A stretch of DNA of 64,000 nucleotides from Podarcis pityusensis (Eukaryota): the NCBI GenBank assembly GCA_964106645.2, contig OZ067049.1. One strand, 5' to 3'. Below the pieces are notes generated by a model. That model was not told the origin of the DNA and searched no databases. It saw only the letters and a list, made by a program, of their open reading frames with translations. Position 1 is the stretch's first letter. Every line of letters begins with the position of its first letter. Below, piece by piece: positions 13,460 to 26,835 of this stretch. The position numbers and the translations under genes were made by a program.

Positions 13460-14323
13460 TACCCACAGGTACTTTGGGTACTTAACACCTGAATAGGGCT
13501 AAGTTAAACAAAGACCAAGAGACAACAGATAAAAGCTCAAGGAGTGTAGAAAACATATTCCAAGCTGCAAAAACAAATCAAAACACTAATAAACGTCACA
13601 TGTAGCAGGAAGGTTTGATTATGTTTTTGGCAAATGTTGGGGTTCTGCTAAGGTTCCAGCAGAATGAACGCCACAAATTCTTTGCAGCATGCTCATCTTC
13701 CATGCCCTCCCTTTCTTCTTTCCACTAATGCTTCAGACAGTTACCTGCTTACTATTACAAAGCCAGCAACCCAGCAGTCCATTTAACATCTTTTCATTTT
13801 TAGATGTTATACGTATGACTTTGAAAATAGTGACTCGTATCACTATTAAACAATCCACTACCGTTTATTGAGATGTGCATGCTTTCTCTTGTTACAATAC
13901 ATAAAGCAGAGCATGCAGTGTTAATTTTGCCACTGGAGAGAGAAGAAATTGTCAAGTGTCCTGGGATCCCCCAAAGTCTTTCAGCTTCTTCCTTCTCTTG
14001 CTAGTAGATCCGGAGGAAGATGGCAGCTGTTACGCTTCTTGAAGCCTGTTTGGTCTGTTAATGCAACATTAGCAGATTTATCTTTTTGAAAGTGAAATTC
14101 TTAAAGTGGGAAGTAATTGGTTTGATACATTTAAAGAACACCTGCTGGGATAATTACCCATCTATCTCACACTGAGGATGAGAAGATGAATGAAATAAGA
14201 ATTGCAAAAGCTTTATTGGCGCAGTGCAAGATCAAGGATATTTGATGTTAAGGAATGAGTTCAATGTCTGTTTCAAAAATTAAGAGCCCACCTTCCGAAG
14301 TTGCCAAAGGGTTTCCATTCATA

Positions 14324-14564
14324 CAGTGGTACCTCGGGTTACAAACTTAATTCGTTCCAGAGGTCCATTCTTAACTTGAAACCGTTCTTAATCTGAGGTA
14401 CCACTTTAGCCAATGGGGCCTCCCGCTGCCACCGCACTGCTGCCACGCGATTTCTGTTTTCATCCTGAAGCAAAGTTCTTACCCTGAGGTACTACTTCCA
14501 GATTAGCAGAGTCCATAACCCAAGTGTTTGTAACCCAAGGTGTTAGTAACCCAAGGTACCACTT
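14324..14564. mobile_element. Tc1/mariner MITE, ~240-bp family, copy 2
   Basis: Same TIRs and internal sequence; TA flanks. Confidence 0.88.
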
Positions 14565-14678
14565 TATTTACCACCAGAGATTCAACTGCACATGTCCGTC
14601 TTCCATGGGACACAGGATTAGGAAGGACTGAAGCGCTTTGGCCTTCCCATGCATTCTTATTCTATGAAAATAGAACGT

Positions 14679-15060
14679 GGACATGGGTGGCACTGTAGTC
14701 TAAACCACTGAGCCTCTTAGGCTTGCTGATCAGAAGGTCGGCAGTTCAAATCTGCATGATGGGGTGAGCTCCCATTGCTCTGTACCAGCTCCTGCCAACC
14801 TAGCAGTTCAAAAGCATGCCAATGCAAGTAGATAAATAGGTACCGCTGCGGTGGGAAGGTAAATGGCATTTCCATGTGCTCTGGTTTCAGTCACGGTGTT
14901 CCATTGTGCCAGAAGCGTTTTAGTCATGCTGGCCATGTGACCCGGAAAGCTGTCTGTGGACAAACACCCACTCCGTCAGGCTGAAGCGAAATGAGCGCCA
15001 CAACCTGATAGTTGCCTTTGACGGGACTTAACCGTCCAGAGGTACTTTACCTTTACCTAC
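14679..15060 (+). mobile_element. Sauria (Squam1) SINE
   Basis: ggacatgggtggcactg...gtgagctccc...gtagataaataggtacc...tttacctttacct tail; homologous to copies at 54421 and 61455. Confidence 0.85.
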
Positions 15061-17255
15061 CTATTCTGTGAAAGGAATTCAAAAAGTTTATACAGCCTCA
15101 CCCTTCCAGGTCCAGTTGGAGCAACACACTGCCCAAATTGACAGCGCATAACAAACAAGAAGTTGCTGGAATTTATGCATTAAATAGACTAGAGGAGGAA
15201 AACCACAGACCCTCCAGGCCTTTCTATCAGGCCTCAGATATTGTTTGGCTTGCCTGGAATGTGTCCTTGGACACTGATAGTATAGGATGGCTCTGAAAAA
15301 TTTCAAGAGGCCAACATATTTTACAAACAAACAAACAAGGCAATGCCCCATGGTACGTTGGGAAGTGACTGGAAAGAAGAAAGGATACCGTATATAACAG
15401 CAAATGTGGAGAGGAAGGAATAAAATAGGACATGGGGTGATAAAAGGGTATACAAGTACCAGGGTTAAGGGGCAGAGGTTATAAAAGGTCCGGCTTCCTT
15501 CTAAAGGCCTTAAAAGTCTCAGGCAATACAGTAACTTCCACAGCTGTTTATGATATCCGTCTTCAGGACCATAACACTGGTCAAGTTCCAAGCAGACAGA
15601 GACTGCTTAGGCCTGTAATTTTATGGTCAGCTTTAGGGAGCATTAAGATTACTTTGGTTTAATGTTCTGACATCTTCTATGAGTGTAACTCTCAATTCCT
15701 GGGTAAAACTCCCATTGAGGTATTATTATTTCCTTGCATCTAGCATATATGTTTGTTTAAGAGCTGTAAGCTACATAACTCTATAGTTTGGTCCTGAAAC
15801 TTACATTAAACAGCTGATGCATGTGTTTGCTTTCCAAAATATGCATCAGGGCCAATACACACCAAACCCACATGTGTGTGTGATTACTTTATGCATGCTT
15901 TTAAAAAACCCCAAAAGAACTCCATGACACACAAAAAGGTAATATGACAATTGCCCCTCAAATATGGACCCAGGTTCAAATTCCTTCTTCTGTGGCCTTC
16001 CTGGGTGGACTTGGGCATGCTCTTGTGTCTCAACCTCAGTTTGCCACCTATAAAATGGACCTAGTGTCACAAACATGGTACGATGGCACAAAAAATCCCA
16101 AGATCAAATAAAATAACTTCTTAGTGAACAAAACTGTAATTGCCAGTTGTTTTCATAAATGTTTGAATAAAACACTCTTATGATTGGTGTTTTGAAGAAT
16201 GTGCTTGCTATCTTCCTTCTCTGCATTTCCCCAAATATAACAAACAGCATCCAGGCTATGTTAAGTCGAATGCCCTAGGGATAAATTCCTACCAATTAAG
16301 AACTGGGCTCAAATTCTTCCAACATTGCTCTCGCCCTTCATTGCTTCTTGCTTTCCCTGTTAACACCATCAATCACTAGGGGGGAGGAGCGGAGAAATCC
16401 TTGCCTCAGGTTCTTGCACTGCACACTGCTAACTTCACTGTCTCTCCATGTGTCCAGCGGAATTTCTATTTGCTGTGTCATCTTGCATCTGGAAGCTATC
16501 CCGTTTTACTGTCATTCTACCTTTATTTCTTCCCACCACAATAAACTACCATAGATTATAGCTTTGCAAACTGTTTTTGACGTATAAACATCCATTGCTG
16601 GGGTGAGTTGTTCCCCCAGCGTTCAACAATTCTCGCAGCAGCAGCAGCAGTAGCAGAGGCAGCCACCAATAGTTCATGGGTCAAAACCAGCAGCAGTCAC
16701 TGTGTGAGGAGGACTGAGTGGGAAGAGAAATTCTGTCTGTACTTTTTAGCCAGGGGTAGGGAAACTATGTGGCCCTCCAGAACTCTCTCTCTCTCTCTCT
16801 GGCTCTCACCAGACCACACCCCATACCAGCCATACTTCATGCCCTCTTGAAGTGTTTTTCTCTGACTGGAATGTGCCCTCATTCTCTGATATTGCCTCTT
16901 GGTTGCCTGGATGGAAGATAGAGAGGGGTGTGAATGTATGGAGAAATAAGAGGCCAAAAAAAAAACAAAAAACCCAACCCGTTAGTTGCTTTGTTCGCTT
17001 TTATTGCTGGCATTATGTCCCCCGCAGGTGGTTGTGCAGAAGGGAAATGCATCCCTTGGTCTGAAAAAGGTCGTCTACCTCTGCTTTAAGGAGTGGGATG
17101 CAAGAGTGAGGGCAGGGGAGCAGCATGCAAGTCCGCAGTGGGCATTGGAGAATGCAAGCACACAACGGATCAATCATCCCAGGACACATGCATACTGCTG
17201 CCATCTGTAGCAATGACTGTTCCATCTCAGCTACAGGCTTGCACGCTGCTGGCTG

Positions 17256-17542
17256 CAGTGGCAGAGGAAGCTGCTCAGGCGCCTGGGGTGCACCACGGGG
17301 CCTTCAGAGTCTGCCTGCCTCCTCCCACTCAGCTGCCCTACAGCTGCGGGGGGAGGCAGCGGGTGGACCGTTTGGACAGCATGCAGCCTGCACGCACTCA
17401 AGCCACCACGTCTCTCCCAGGAGAAACGCGTGGCTCGGGCGCACTGCAGGCCCCGCAGTAAGTGCCACCCATCATTTTGTCACCCCCCTCAGTGGTGACA
17501 CCCGAGGCGCTTCACCTACCGCACCCCCTTCCTCCGCCCCTG
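17256..17542. mobile_element. hAT non-autonomous element, 287 bp
   Basis: TIRs cagtggcagaggaag / cttcctccgcccctg; perfect 8-bp TSD gctggctg. Confidence 0.85.
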
Positions 17543-19719
17543 GCTGGCTGTGACTCCCCTTGCCTCCAGGTGCCTAAAAGGTATGGGCAGGAATTCTGCT
17601 CCCTTTCTGATGACCACGAAGCAGCTGTTGGCAACTTTGCCTAGCAAACCACTTCACCAGCCACTGTTGGGCAGCTGCTCTTTCTGCCTGCAGGAAAAGG
17701 GAATGCTCTGGCATGATTCTGGATGACTCAGAACTCTTTGCATTGTCTGAAGAGATCATTCCCCTGCCCCCTTAACAGCTGCTTAGAAGGAGGGCAACCT
17801 CTGAAAGGTACAAGCCGTGGTAGGCATGAGAAGTGAGTTAGCTTGCAGGACTCTTTCCATTTCTACACATTTTTGTTTTGTTTCGCGTGAACTCTTGGGG
17901 GGTTTCAGCTTCAAGTGGGCAAACTGGCCTTGAGGCCAATTCTCAGCCTTCCCCAGACCCCACACCCAGGTACTGGCGTTGTAGTAGGCCAGTTGCTGGC
18001 TGAGGATGCTGACAAGGTCAGGCACTTTATCAACAGTGCCACCACCATCACATTAGCTAGAACATCTCAAGAAGGTCAGAGGCAGTGTGAATGAATGTTT
18101 GATATACAACACTCTCTTCTCCTGCTGGTCAAGGGAACTCACTGAGGCTGTTTTGCCCAGAGTTCTCCAAAACCCTAGTGTTTGCATTGCATACACTTGT
18201 CATAAAATGTAGGCAACTCCTAATTCCAAGAGACGCCTATTTCATTTTGGTTCTGGTGGTCCTTACCTGCCTTATATTATTGGTCCAGCTCAGTAGGCTC
18301 CATCCTGACTTGTAGCAGCTAGTGGCTTTCTACCCAGAAATACCAGGATTCAAACCCAAACATGTGCCCATGAGATGGCCAAATCGGTTCTTCATTTTTC
18401 TAATCCTAAATTCAGTTTGCTACGGTTCTGTGTATTTTTTTATTGTTTAAAAAAGAAATTCTCATTAAAATTGGTCAAGTATTTGTATGCGCTTTTGCCT
18501 CAGATACACGTTTTTGCAAGCAATTTCCCACTAATATAATCAATCTTTATATGTTATTTTCACTAATAGATGCAGTCTATGCACACTTTCCATCAACATA
18601 CACATTTTTGGTTGAAGAACTACACTAAAAAATTCAGTGAAGTGTGAACTTTGAAGGAGAGCTATGTTTTGGTTTACATATTGTTTCAAGCAAATGGGGA
18701 TTTGGTAGGCTGGTATTACAATGTGGACTGGATTTTTCCTCCCATTTCTAGCTGTCACTAAGCTTGTCCCAGTTTTTTTACTGAGACTTATGTGGGGTGC
18801 CCCGACAAAAACTCAATTGCTGGCATTATCTGATTGCAGCCCTGAGTTCCCAGAAAACAGAGAACCATCTGACAAAACTGAGAGGTGCATTCATTTTTCC
18901 AGGCGAGAGACTAGTGACTTGCCTTCTGCTTGAAACCATGTATGTCTGCTGCAGCTCATTACAAGAAATGCCAGTCACAAAGCAGATAGAAGTGCCAGCA
19001 TTTTCATCTGCAGTCGGATTCCTGGGTTTCAATGAACCCAGAATGGCAGCTGCTTTCTCACTACTCAAGGTCTATGCCCTTGTAGAAATAACTACAATTC
19101 AGACGGTGTGCTTTCTGCAGGAAAGTGCAGCCTGCCTGGGAAACCTGGGCCACAGAGGAAAGTGGATTCTGATGGTGGAATAGGTTTGCTCGTGGTAGCT
19201 CCAAGGAAGGGTGCTGCCAGACAAGGACTTAATTTGCAAGGTTGTTGCAAATGGCTCATAGGGTTGGGCTTGGTTTTTTGTTTTTTTTTAACTTACTGGA
19301 TTTTTTTCTGGAAAGGGTAGATGTGGATCAATAGGGGCAGTGGAATATGGACTGGCATTTTGATGCAAACAATTTCATGTGGATGCACAAGGAGGACCAA
19401 TCCCATAATAAGCACTTGTATGGAAGCACCCAAGAAGATTCCACCACATGAGGCATGGACACACACATCAGGTCTTAATATGTGTTTGGTAAGTTAATTT
19501 TGAAATGGAATTAGTTCCAGTTCACATCCTCCAAAAAGTAACTAATTCAATTCCCAATGCATTCATGTGGTCCTTGGCATTCCCTCCCCCCACACCCTTC
19601 AGAATTTTACAAGTTGCTCTGCTAAAGTATAAATTATACTTAAGACAACTAAGAAAACACCAACATACTTTATCAATCAAAGAGCTCAGATTTCAGGCCA
19701 ATTCATGAGTGGTGATGTA

Positions 19720-19855
19720 TATAGAACCACAGAATCACAGAGTCAGAGGGGGCCACAACGGCCATCTATTCCAACCCCCTACAATGCAGGAATGATTTGC
19801 CCAACATGGGGATAAAACTCACAACTCTGGGATTAAGAGTCCCATGCATCTACCT
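19720..19855 (-). mobile_element. tRNA-derived SINE with CR1-like tail (related copies ~2205-2285 and ~7815-7925)
   Basis: Minus strand has a tRNA-Lys-like head (actcttaatc..agttgtgagt..cccatgttgggca) followed by ttcctgcattg..ggggttgga..attctgtg. Confidence 0.6.
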
Positions 19856-20459
19856 ATATAAATGTGCACTATCTTCTCCAAGAGGAGTCCCTTAAATCAG
19901 CTTATAAAATATTAAAATAAACACAACAATAACAACAAATCATAATTAAACTAAAAGCAGCATCAAGAAACAACACCATAAAGGACAAAAAAGCAACAAT
20001 TGGTAGGTAAATTACATTAAGCAACAATGGAATCTAAAGCTTGTTTTAGAAGAAATCATGTCAGATGTTGATGGGACACAAATAGGGAGGGAGAGGACCT
20101 AACTTCTTGGGGAAGCGAGTCCCAGAGATTAGGCATCACCATACAGAAAACCCTCTTGGGGTATTACAACAAGTTGTGGCTCAAGAGGCAATGAGACATG
20201 TCAGAAGGGCGCAGCAGCTGATCTTTAAAGGATGAGCAGATGTTCATAGGAAGAGACAATCCTTCAAGTGGCTCACTGTACAGATATACAGATAGCTTCC
20301 ATACAGGAAAGCCATGTGTATCCTCATTCACACTAAAACACATATAGAAACAATTCTACAGGGCTCACATGAACCTCATGAAGTGGCTATGGAAAGGCAT
20401 TCACAGCTGCACAGCAGGCAGAAAACTGTTGACATCTGAAGATCTTGTTTGACGGAGAA

Positions 20460-20600
20460 GGGTCCTTGCTCAATGGCAGAGAATGCACTCCACAGGTTCA
20501 ATATCTGGCATCACTGAGTAGGACTGACTCCCTAGCCTGAAACCCTAGAGAGTTGCTGCCAGTCAGTGGAGAAAATGCTGAGTTACTGGGCCATCCTCAG
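20460..20600 (+). mobile_element. Squam3-type tRNA SINE (other copies ~33970-34090, 44330-44400, 45965-46125, 48540-48700)
   Basis: gctcaatggcagag...ggttcaat...cctgaaaccctagagagttgctgccagtcagtg pattern. Confidence 0.6.
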
Positions 20601-20708
20601 CACAGGAAGTTGGTGTAAATCATGCCAGCTTAAATTGCAGGCATAAAGTATGCTGGATGCTGAGCTGCTGGGCCAAACGGATCTCAACTCAGGACTGATC
20701 CCTTAGAC

Positions 20709-20844
20709 CAGTGATGGCGAACCTTGGCCCTCCAGATGTTTTGGAACTACAACTCCCATCATCCCTAGATAACAGGACCAGTGGTCAGGGATGATGGGAG
20801 TTGTAGTCCCAAAACATCTGGAGGGCCAGGTTTGGCCATGCCTG
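20709..20844. mobile_element. Palindromic hAT MITE (related copies ~3634-3860, 4578-4700, 31935-32075, 46876-47020)
   Basis: Near-perfect hairpin (ccctccagatgttttgg..ctacaactcccatcatccct / agggatgatgggagttgtagt..aaaacatctggaggg); 8-bp TSD ccttagac/ccttaggc. Confidence 0.85.
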
Positions 20845-22996
20845 CCTTAGGCAGTCTGTTCTAATGGTCAGACTTAGTATGACACACCTGCCTGTGTGTC
20901 TATGTGAAAACTGCATGTCCTCCAGATGTTCTGGACTAAAATCCCCATTATCCCTGGCAATTGAGCCATGGTGGCCAGGGGCGATAGGAGGGGTGGGGAC
21001 AGTGTTAAGGAAGGCTGGCCTGAGGCATTTCAAGTAAATATTACCATGTTAAAAACAGGGAGTGCCCCAATCTAACTGCAATTCTAACATTCTCCAGAGT
21101 GAGGTCTTCCATCTTTAATTCATCTTTCAGCTCTAGCTATTATTCAGGCAATAAGAAAACTAGGATAAAGCATTTCAAAAGATACACATAATGTTTCAGG
21201 CTCAATAAATCCTTGTTATCTCTTGGTCTTAGAGGGGGAATATCTAAAATTGTAAATGCATTTACTCTACTGCATAGCACAAAATGGGAGGAATTATTAA
21301 TGGCTAATTTTATCCATTCCTGGGTTGTTTCTTTTTACACGTAATGATGAAATTAAAATGATGTATCTTAAAGATACTTGTGCAATCAAAAGAATAAGAA
21401 AAACCTGATTATGTAGGAGAAATTGTATCCTGTTTATAGACTGTTTCCTTTTTCTTCTGTTTTGCCTTAGCCACCTTTTTTTGCTTGTGAAGAATGGAAC
21501 TTTGAAGAGCGCAAGGCTTATTTTCACAGCCCACAGTATATAACTATGTCAAACACACTTCAAAAACAGTTGCAATCTTCTAGTCTTTAAAGTGAATTGT
21601 TAATGGGTTTTACCAACTTGATAGCTAAATAAGGCTTCTAAAATGTTTCCCAGCAAAATCTCTTCTGAAGTTTTATGAGCCTTGGATAAAGCTGCTTTAT
21701 TATTATTTTTCTTGGAGGACATGAAATTCTGCTTCTCAGTTATCATATTTATCCAGTTCGGAGCAAGAAAGAACTAATTTATTTTAAGTGCAAAACCCTG
21801 TCAGCTACAGTCTCCTGCTAGCACAGTGGATTTTTGTTCCTTGTTTGGGCTCTGAATTGGGCCATATGCTTAGCTACAGTAAATTGCATGAGAAACTGCA
21901 AAAGAATGTTGCAGGAGATTCTTCCCAGTTTGTAACAGGAACATTCCTCCTCAGGGCTGCAACCAGCGTGGAACAGGAGCTTTTGAGAAGTGTATTAAAT
22001 AAAGCAGTTTTCAAAGAGTCATAGTAAAACTTGGTTGAAGAAATATTGTGGGGTATATGACCTCAAACTAGAATTTTAAAAATGGCATGTTGAAAATCAA
22101 ATTTAGCTTTGTCAAGGAAAAGAGAGCTTTTATCTCATGAAACAGACAGGTCCAGATCAGAAATATAGAAAACCTGATAGAGTGAGCATCTTTAAGTTTT
22201 AAAAATGCTAAGACGTTTTTGTTTCCACTATGCACAAGTAGAGGGAGGTAGAAGGTAGAAGCAAGCACACATTGCCTAAGATGCTAATTTCTTGAAGGCA
22301 ACCATTCCAGTTAATGTTGAAAACTACCCAGGTTCAACTTGCAGCCATTGATGTTTGAAAGCAGGCTTCCTTGCTTGGCCTGATTTATTTCTAGTCTACC
22401 TCTCTGCTAAAGACCTAAATCAGCAACTAGTGGCTAATTTTACACCTTGGTTGGTTTTATGGGGCCCTGCCCTTTAGATGGTAGCAAGTATTACTTCAAA
22501 ATGTGGTAAGCCAGCTCTGCTCCATATAGTGGCCACCTTCTTTTTCTGCTGCCCCAGAGGGACCCTGGAATTCTGTCTCAAAATCCTCCCCTGACAACAT
22601 CACTGTCAGCTGTGCTATTTAGCTTATCTGTCCAGGGTTGATCTGTGGGTTTTGTGCAAAGTTTTGCCTGAGCTACAGCCATTAAAACAGGAGCATGGTA
22701 TGGGCTGGTCGAGGTTGAGGCTGATACTCATTTGGAATTGTGGGGCAGAGAAGCCAACAGTAGGTGGAGCCAGAGCCAAGGCCAGGCCGAGCCAACTCCC
22801 TCGAGTTTTTGCCCTCTTCTTCCCTGCTGAATTCTATAATGGAAACACTGAGACAGAGGAGGAGGCAGCTGACAGCGAGGGTCACCCTCTGGCATTAGTA
22901 AGAAGGAAGACAGTTGGGGGCCAGTTGGATGAGCTTCCATTGGCTGTTCATGCAATATGGACTAGGAAGGGGAAGATTTTCAGCCTCTCATTAGTA

Positions 22997-23235
22997 CAGG
23001 CATGTCCAACAGGTAGGTCGTGATCTACCAGTAGATCACTGGACGTCTGCGGTAGATCATTGGTAGATCATTGGCTCCTCCCAAAGAAGCTGAACAACTG
23101 TGGCTCCCCTAAAAAAAGCTCAATGTTTTAAAAGCTCAACAACTTTGACCTGAACCCCCCAAAAAGGGGGTAGATAGATCACTGCCAGTTTAACTCTGTG
23201 AGTAGATCGCAGTCTCCTGGCAGTTGGCCACCCCG
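22997..23235. mobile_element. hAT-like MITE
   Basis: caggcatgtccaac ... gttggccaccccg ends and internal gtagatca repeats; TSD degenerate. Confidence 0.65.
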
Positions 23236-24589
23236 GTTTAGGACATTTCAGCCTCTCTTGTTTCATAATCAAATATAAATAGGTGCTGTAGATATGCACC
23301 ATAAAGCTGGCCATTGAATGTATAATTATACATTCTGTTTGACTACAGGGTCTATCTATTTCTCTTATTTTTTCTAAGCACCACTGCTTTCCCATCAAAG
23401 AGTGGCACAATGTACCAATAAAGTGTTTCTAACGATGCCGGCTGCACCTTAATCTGCAGGGTGCTTTCTCTTTTTAAACTGCCTCTCTATCAACTTTCTA
23501 TAATCATAGATTATAGAGAGGGATAAAAGCACATGTTCTACATAAGGCGCCGTGCATACAAAGTAATAAATACTGTATATGTGAATTGCAGGTTCTTTGC
23601 CATTTGTGCTCCGAAGGAATGGGAAGTATAATAGAAACAAAATTCAGCCACGGACTAGCGGATGTGCAGTAGAGAGACTCCATTATCTGAACTGCATTAT
23701 CTGAAAAACAGGCACAAAACCCTCTGGGCTCCTTTCTCTGCAGAGATGAGCCCCCATTACATTCAGCGACGGTATATATTACCACCAGACGGATGGTTAC
23801 AGCATCTTTCAGTTACTTCTGCACCATCCCTAGTCATCTCAGGTTGTTTTCCCTTCCTCATCCATGAAAGCCCTGACCAAATAAAAAAAGATTTCACAGT
23901 GCTTGAAAGCAGGTTGCACATGTGAAGGATGCAGGAGGAAGCTTTGGGCTTCCATCCCTCCTTCATCATATGCAGATGAACTGAACTTTAGTCCAAACTG
24001 AGGATCACACAATCAAGCTACTTTTTCTCCTTAAAATAATAGGTTGCACGATGAGTGGGTCCCAGTGGTGACTGGTACCCATTGGTAGGGCAGAAAGCAG
24101 GGAGACCAACAGTAGGTGGCACCAACAACATCTGGGAAAAAACCTGTTTGTTACAGATTTTCATAATAGAACACTGCCTGGAGAATGTGCATTTTGCCCA
24201 CTGAATGTACAAAATGCAGTTGAGATATGTACTGTCCCAGAGGCCTGTTGAAGATTATGCATATTGACCAGAGAAGGTACAACATTTGGTTGAAATATGC
24301 TGAGTCCTCAAAGCTTTCTGGGGTTATACACAATGGCAGGAGGACGTACAAAATTTAGTTGATATATGGACATTTTCCAAAAACCTGCTGGAGATGATGC
24401 ATATTGACCAGGCAATGTGCACAATTCCCTCTTCATGGCTGACTTATGTGCACATTCTCCATGAGGTACAATAGCAGGTTGTTTTGCAAACTAACTGCTC
24501 AACTGACATTCCCTCTAACATAAATGCAAGGTGAATATTGGGGCCTGTGCACATGGGCATATTCATGCTGTTTCCATAGTAAGTAAGCA

Positions 24590-24825
24590 AATTTTTATTT
24601 ATACCCAGCCCTCCCCGGCCAAGACCGGGCTCAGGGCAGCTAACATCAAATATCAAATACATTAAAACACAATCAAACAATTGATTAAAATACAACTTAA
24701 AAATTAGAATCAGGATAAAATTAAATGACTGCCCATGAATTACAACCATAGGGGTCGGGAACCTCAAGTATTCATCAGGGCCAGCTATCCATGTTGGTCC
24801 CACATGAGCTGATAAAAGGGCCCTT
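24590..24825 (-). mobile_element. L2-type LINE 3' tail
   Basis: tttatttatacccagccctcccc...gctcagggcagctaaca pattern typical of reverse-oriented squamate L2 tails. Confidence 0.55.
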
Positions 24826-24833
24826 TTGAACAT

Positions 24834-25215
24834 TAGGCCTGGGTGATGTATCAGTCCATTGTCCAGGGCCGATGTGAGGGCCAGAGTGCAATGGCGCCTT
24901 CACCCGGTGGTATATTGTAGGTGGGGCTTGCCTGCTGGTGCCTTACCTTCCATCTCTGGCTGCCTCCTTTCTCCCTGCGCTGGGCACTGGCAGCAGTTCC
25001 ACCCTGGCACCTTGCATGGTGGGGGCTGATGCTCCTTGTTCCTCGCTCTGTGCACCAGGGACTGATGGTGGAGGGAGCTGCTGCAGGTTCATCCCGGTGC
25101 CACGCAGGGCCGGGGCCGATGCGCCTTCCTTTTCAACACTGTGATGTATCACTATAGCATGATGTTTAGCTGATGATATATTGCAATGTTGAAAAGCTGA
25201 TATTGCCAAGTCTTA
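24834..25215. mobile_element. hAT non-autonomous element
   Basis: Imperfect TIRs taggcctgggtgat / atattgccaagtctta; 8-bp TSD ttgaacat/ttcaacat. Confidence 0.7.
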
Positions 25216-25279
25216 TTCAACATATGCCCCTCAGGCAAGCCCAGTGGACATAGTGAGGGGGCAGTATTCTCCACAATTA

Positions 25280-25521
25280 CAGTGGTACCTCGGGTTATGT
25301 ACTTAATTCGTTCCGGAGGTCCGTTCTTAACCTGAAACTGTTCTTAACCTGAAGCACCACTTTAGCTAATGGGGCCGCCTGCTGCCGCCGCGCCGCCAGA
25401 GTATGATTTCTGTTCTCATCCTGAAGCAAAGTTCTTAACCCGAGGTACTATTTCTGGGTTAGCGGAGTCTGTAACCTGAAGCGTATGTAACCTGAAGCAT
25501 ATGTAACCCGAGATACCACTG
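25280..25521. mobile_element. Tc1/mariner MITE, ~240-bp family, copy 3
   Basis: cagtggtacctcgggtta / taacccgagataccactg with TA TSD. Confidence 0.88.
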
Positions 25522-26032
25522 TATTCCTCCCAAACCTGTTGCCATACCAAAATTGGAAGAGCATGAATTAAAGGAGAGAAAGTAAGAGTGAATATATGCC
25601 AACTACAGTATTAATTAGGAGTAACAAGAAACACCATAAAGGAAAAGCAATAAAGAAATAATAATAAATACACACTTCTCATTGTTCATTAAATAAAGCA
25701 ACAGAAGAAGTCGATAGAATCAGTGGTAAACATACATGTCCTAGGCAAATGGAACAGGAACATGAGTGATATTGGTGAAACCAACAAGTATGATGAGAGA
25801 TAACCAGGACCAAAGCCATAAAGGCATTTAAAAATGAATCAAAGAAGTTTTATGTTCTATCCAATAAGAAAGAGGGAGCTAATGCAAAGCTGCAGATAAA
25901 GGAAAAGAGCAAACAAACTGAAAGGAAAGGAAACTTCAATAAGCAGAAGAAATCACAACAGATATTAAAGACTGCAGAGAAGAGGAAAACCATGTTAATG
26001 AACATTGCAATAACAGGAGGTGCATGGGCCTC

Positions 26033-26835
26033 TGTCATGAACTGGCAGGATGACGGGGAGGAAGAAGAGTAGATCCCGGTGAGGGTTGTAGCTGGGCCTG
26101 GGACACACTGGGGCAAGCAGGGGATGGGGAAGGAAGTATTCACAGGGTGACAGAGGATGGCGAGGGGATGGGGGTCAGTGAACAGGAAGCAGAGCAACAG
26201 GACCCATCAGCAGAGTCAGAGGGGCCCCTGTCCCCACAAACATGGCAGGCTCTGAGGCGTGGGGAGCAGCAGGATGGCTGAGGCAGGCTGTGGCAGGCAA
26301 TGGCCCACAGCCCAGCTCCTTAGCCGGCCAGGTGAGGCTCACTAGCTCTGGGAGGAGCTGGAGTCGGCTTGAAACAAGTGAGGGTCACATGCCTTGTCAA
26401 GCCCAGATGCTGCAATCAGCATGCAAAGTACAAACAGGAAGCAGAGTTGAGGTGCTGTGTCTGTTCAGCTGCCCATGTGGATGGACATTGACTTGGGTGC
26501 TCCTGGACCTCTATGGGACTGTGCTTTGGGTTTGACTCTGGACTAGGTTTGTCATATTTTGCAGAGCAAAAAAGGGGACACGATGACAGCCATTCAAAGC
26601 AAATAAATGCAATTTGTCTCAAATTTTACCCCTGAAAAAGAAGATGTGACCTGGGGTGGGGGAAGGCACATGGGAACCCTACTCTGGACTGTATCCTGAC
26701 TGCTAGATTTCAGACTTGGCTACTTGGATTGACCCTGGACTGTGTTTCCTGACCTTTGAACTTTAGCCTTTGCTTGCATGGATTGACCCCCAGACTTTGA
26801 ACTTGGTAGGCTGAGTAGGCCCAGGGCTCAGTACA
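26033..26835 (+). mobile_element. Solo LTR, 803 bp
   Basis: TGTCATGA...TCAGTACA ends with a perfect 5-bp TSD gcctc (26028-32 / 26836-40); orientation tentative. Confidence 0.72.

Noticed and set aside
15090-15700. Possible LTR (TATAAAA near 15480) and a 167-aa minus-strand ORF
   Set aside because: No TG..CA ends with a TSD could be defined and the ORF has no motif.
19795-19855. tRNA-Lys-like sequence
   Set aside because: Degenerate SINE head fused to a CR1-like tail, not an intact cloverleaf.
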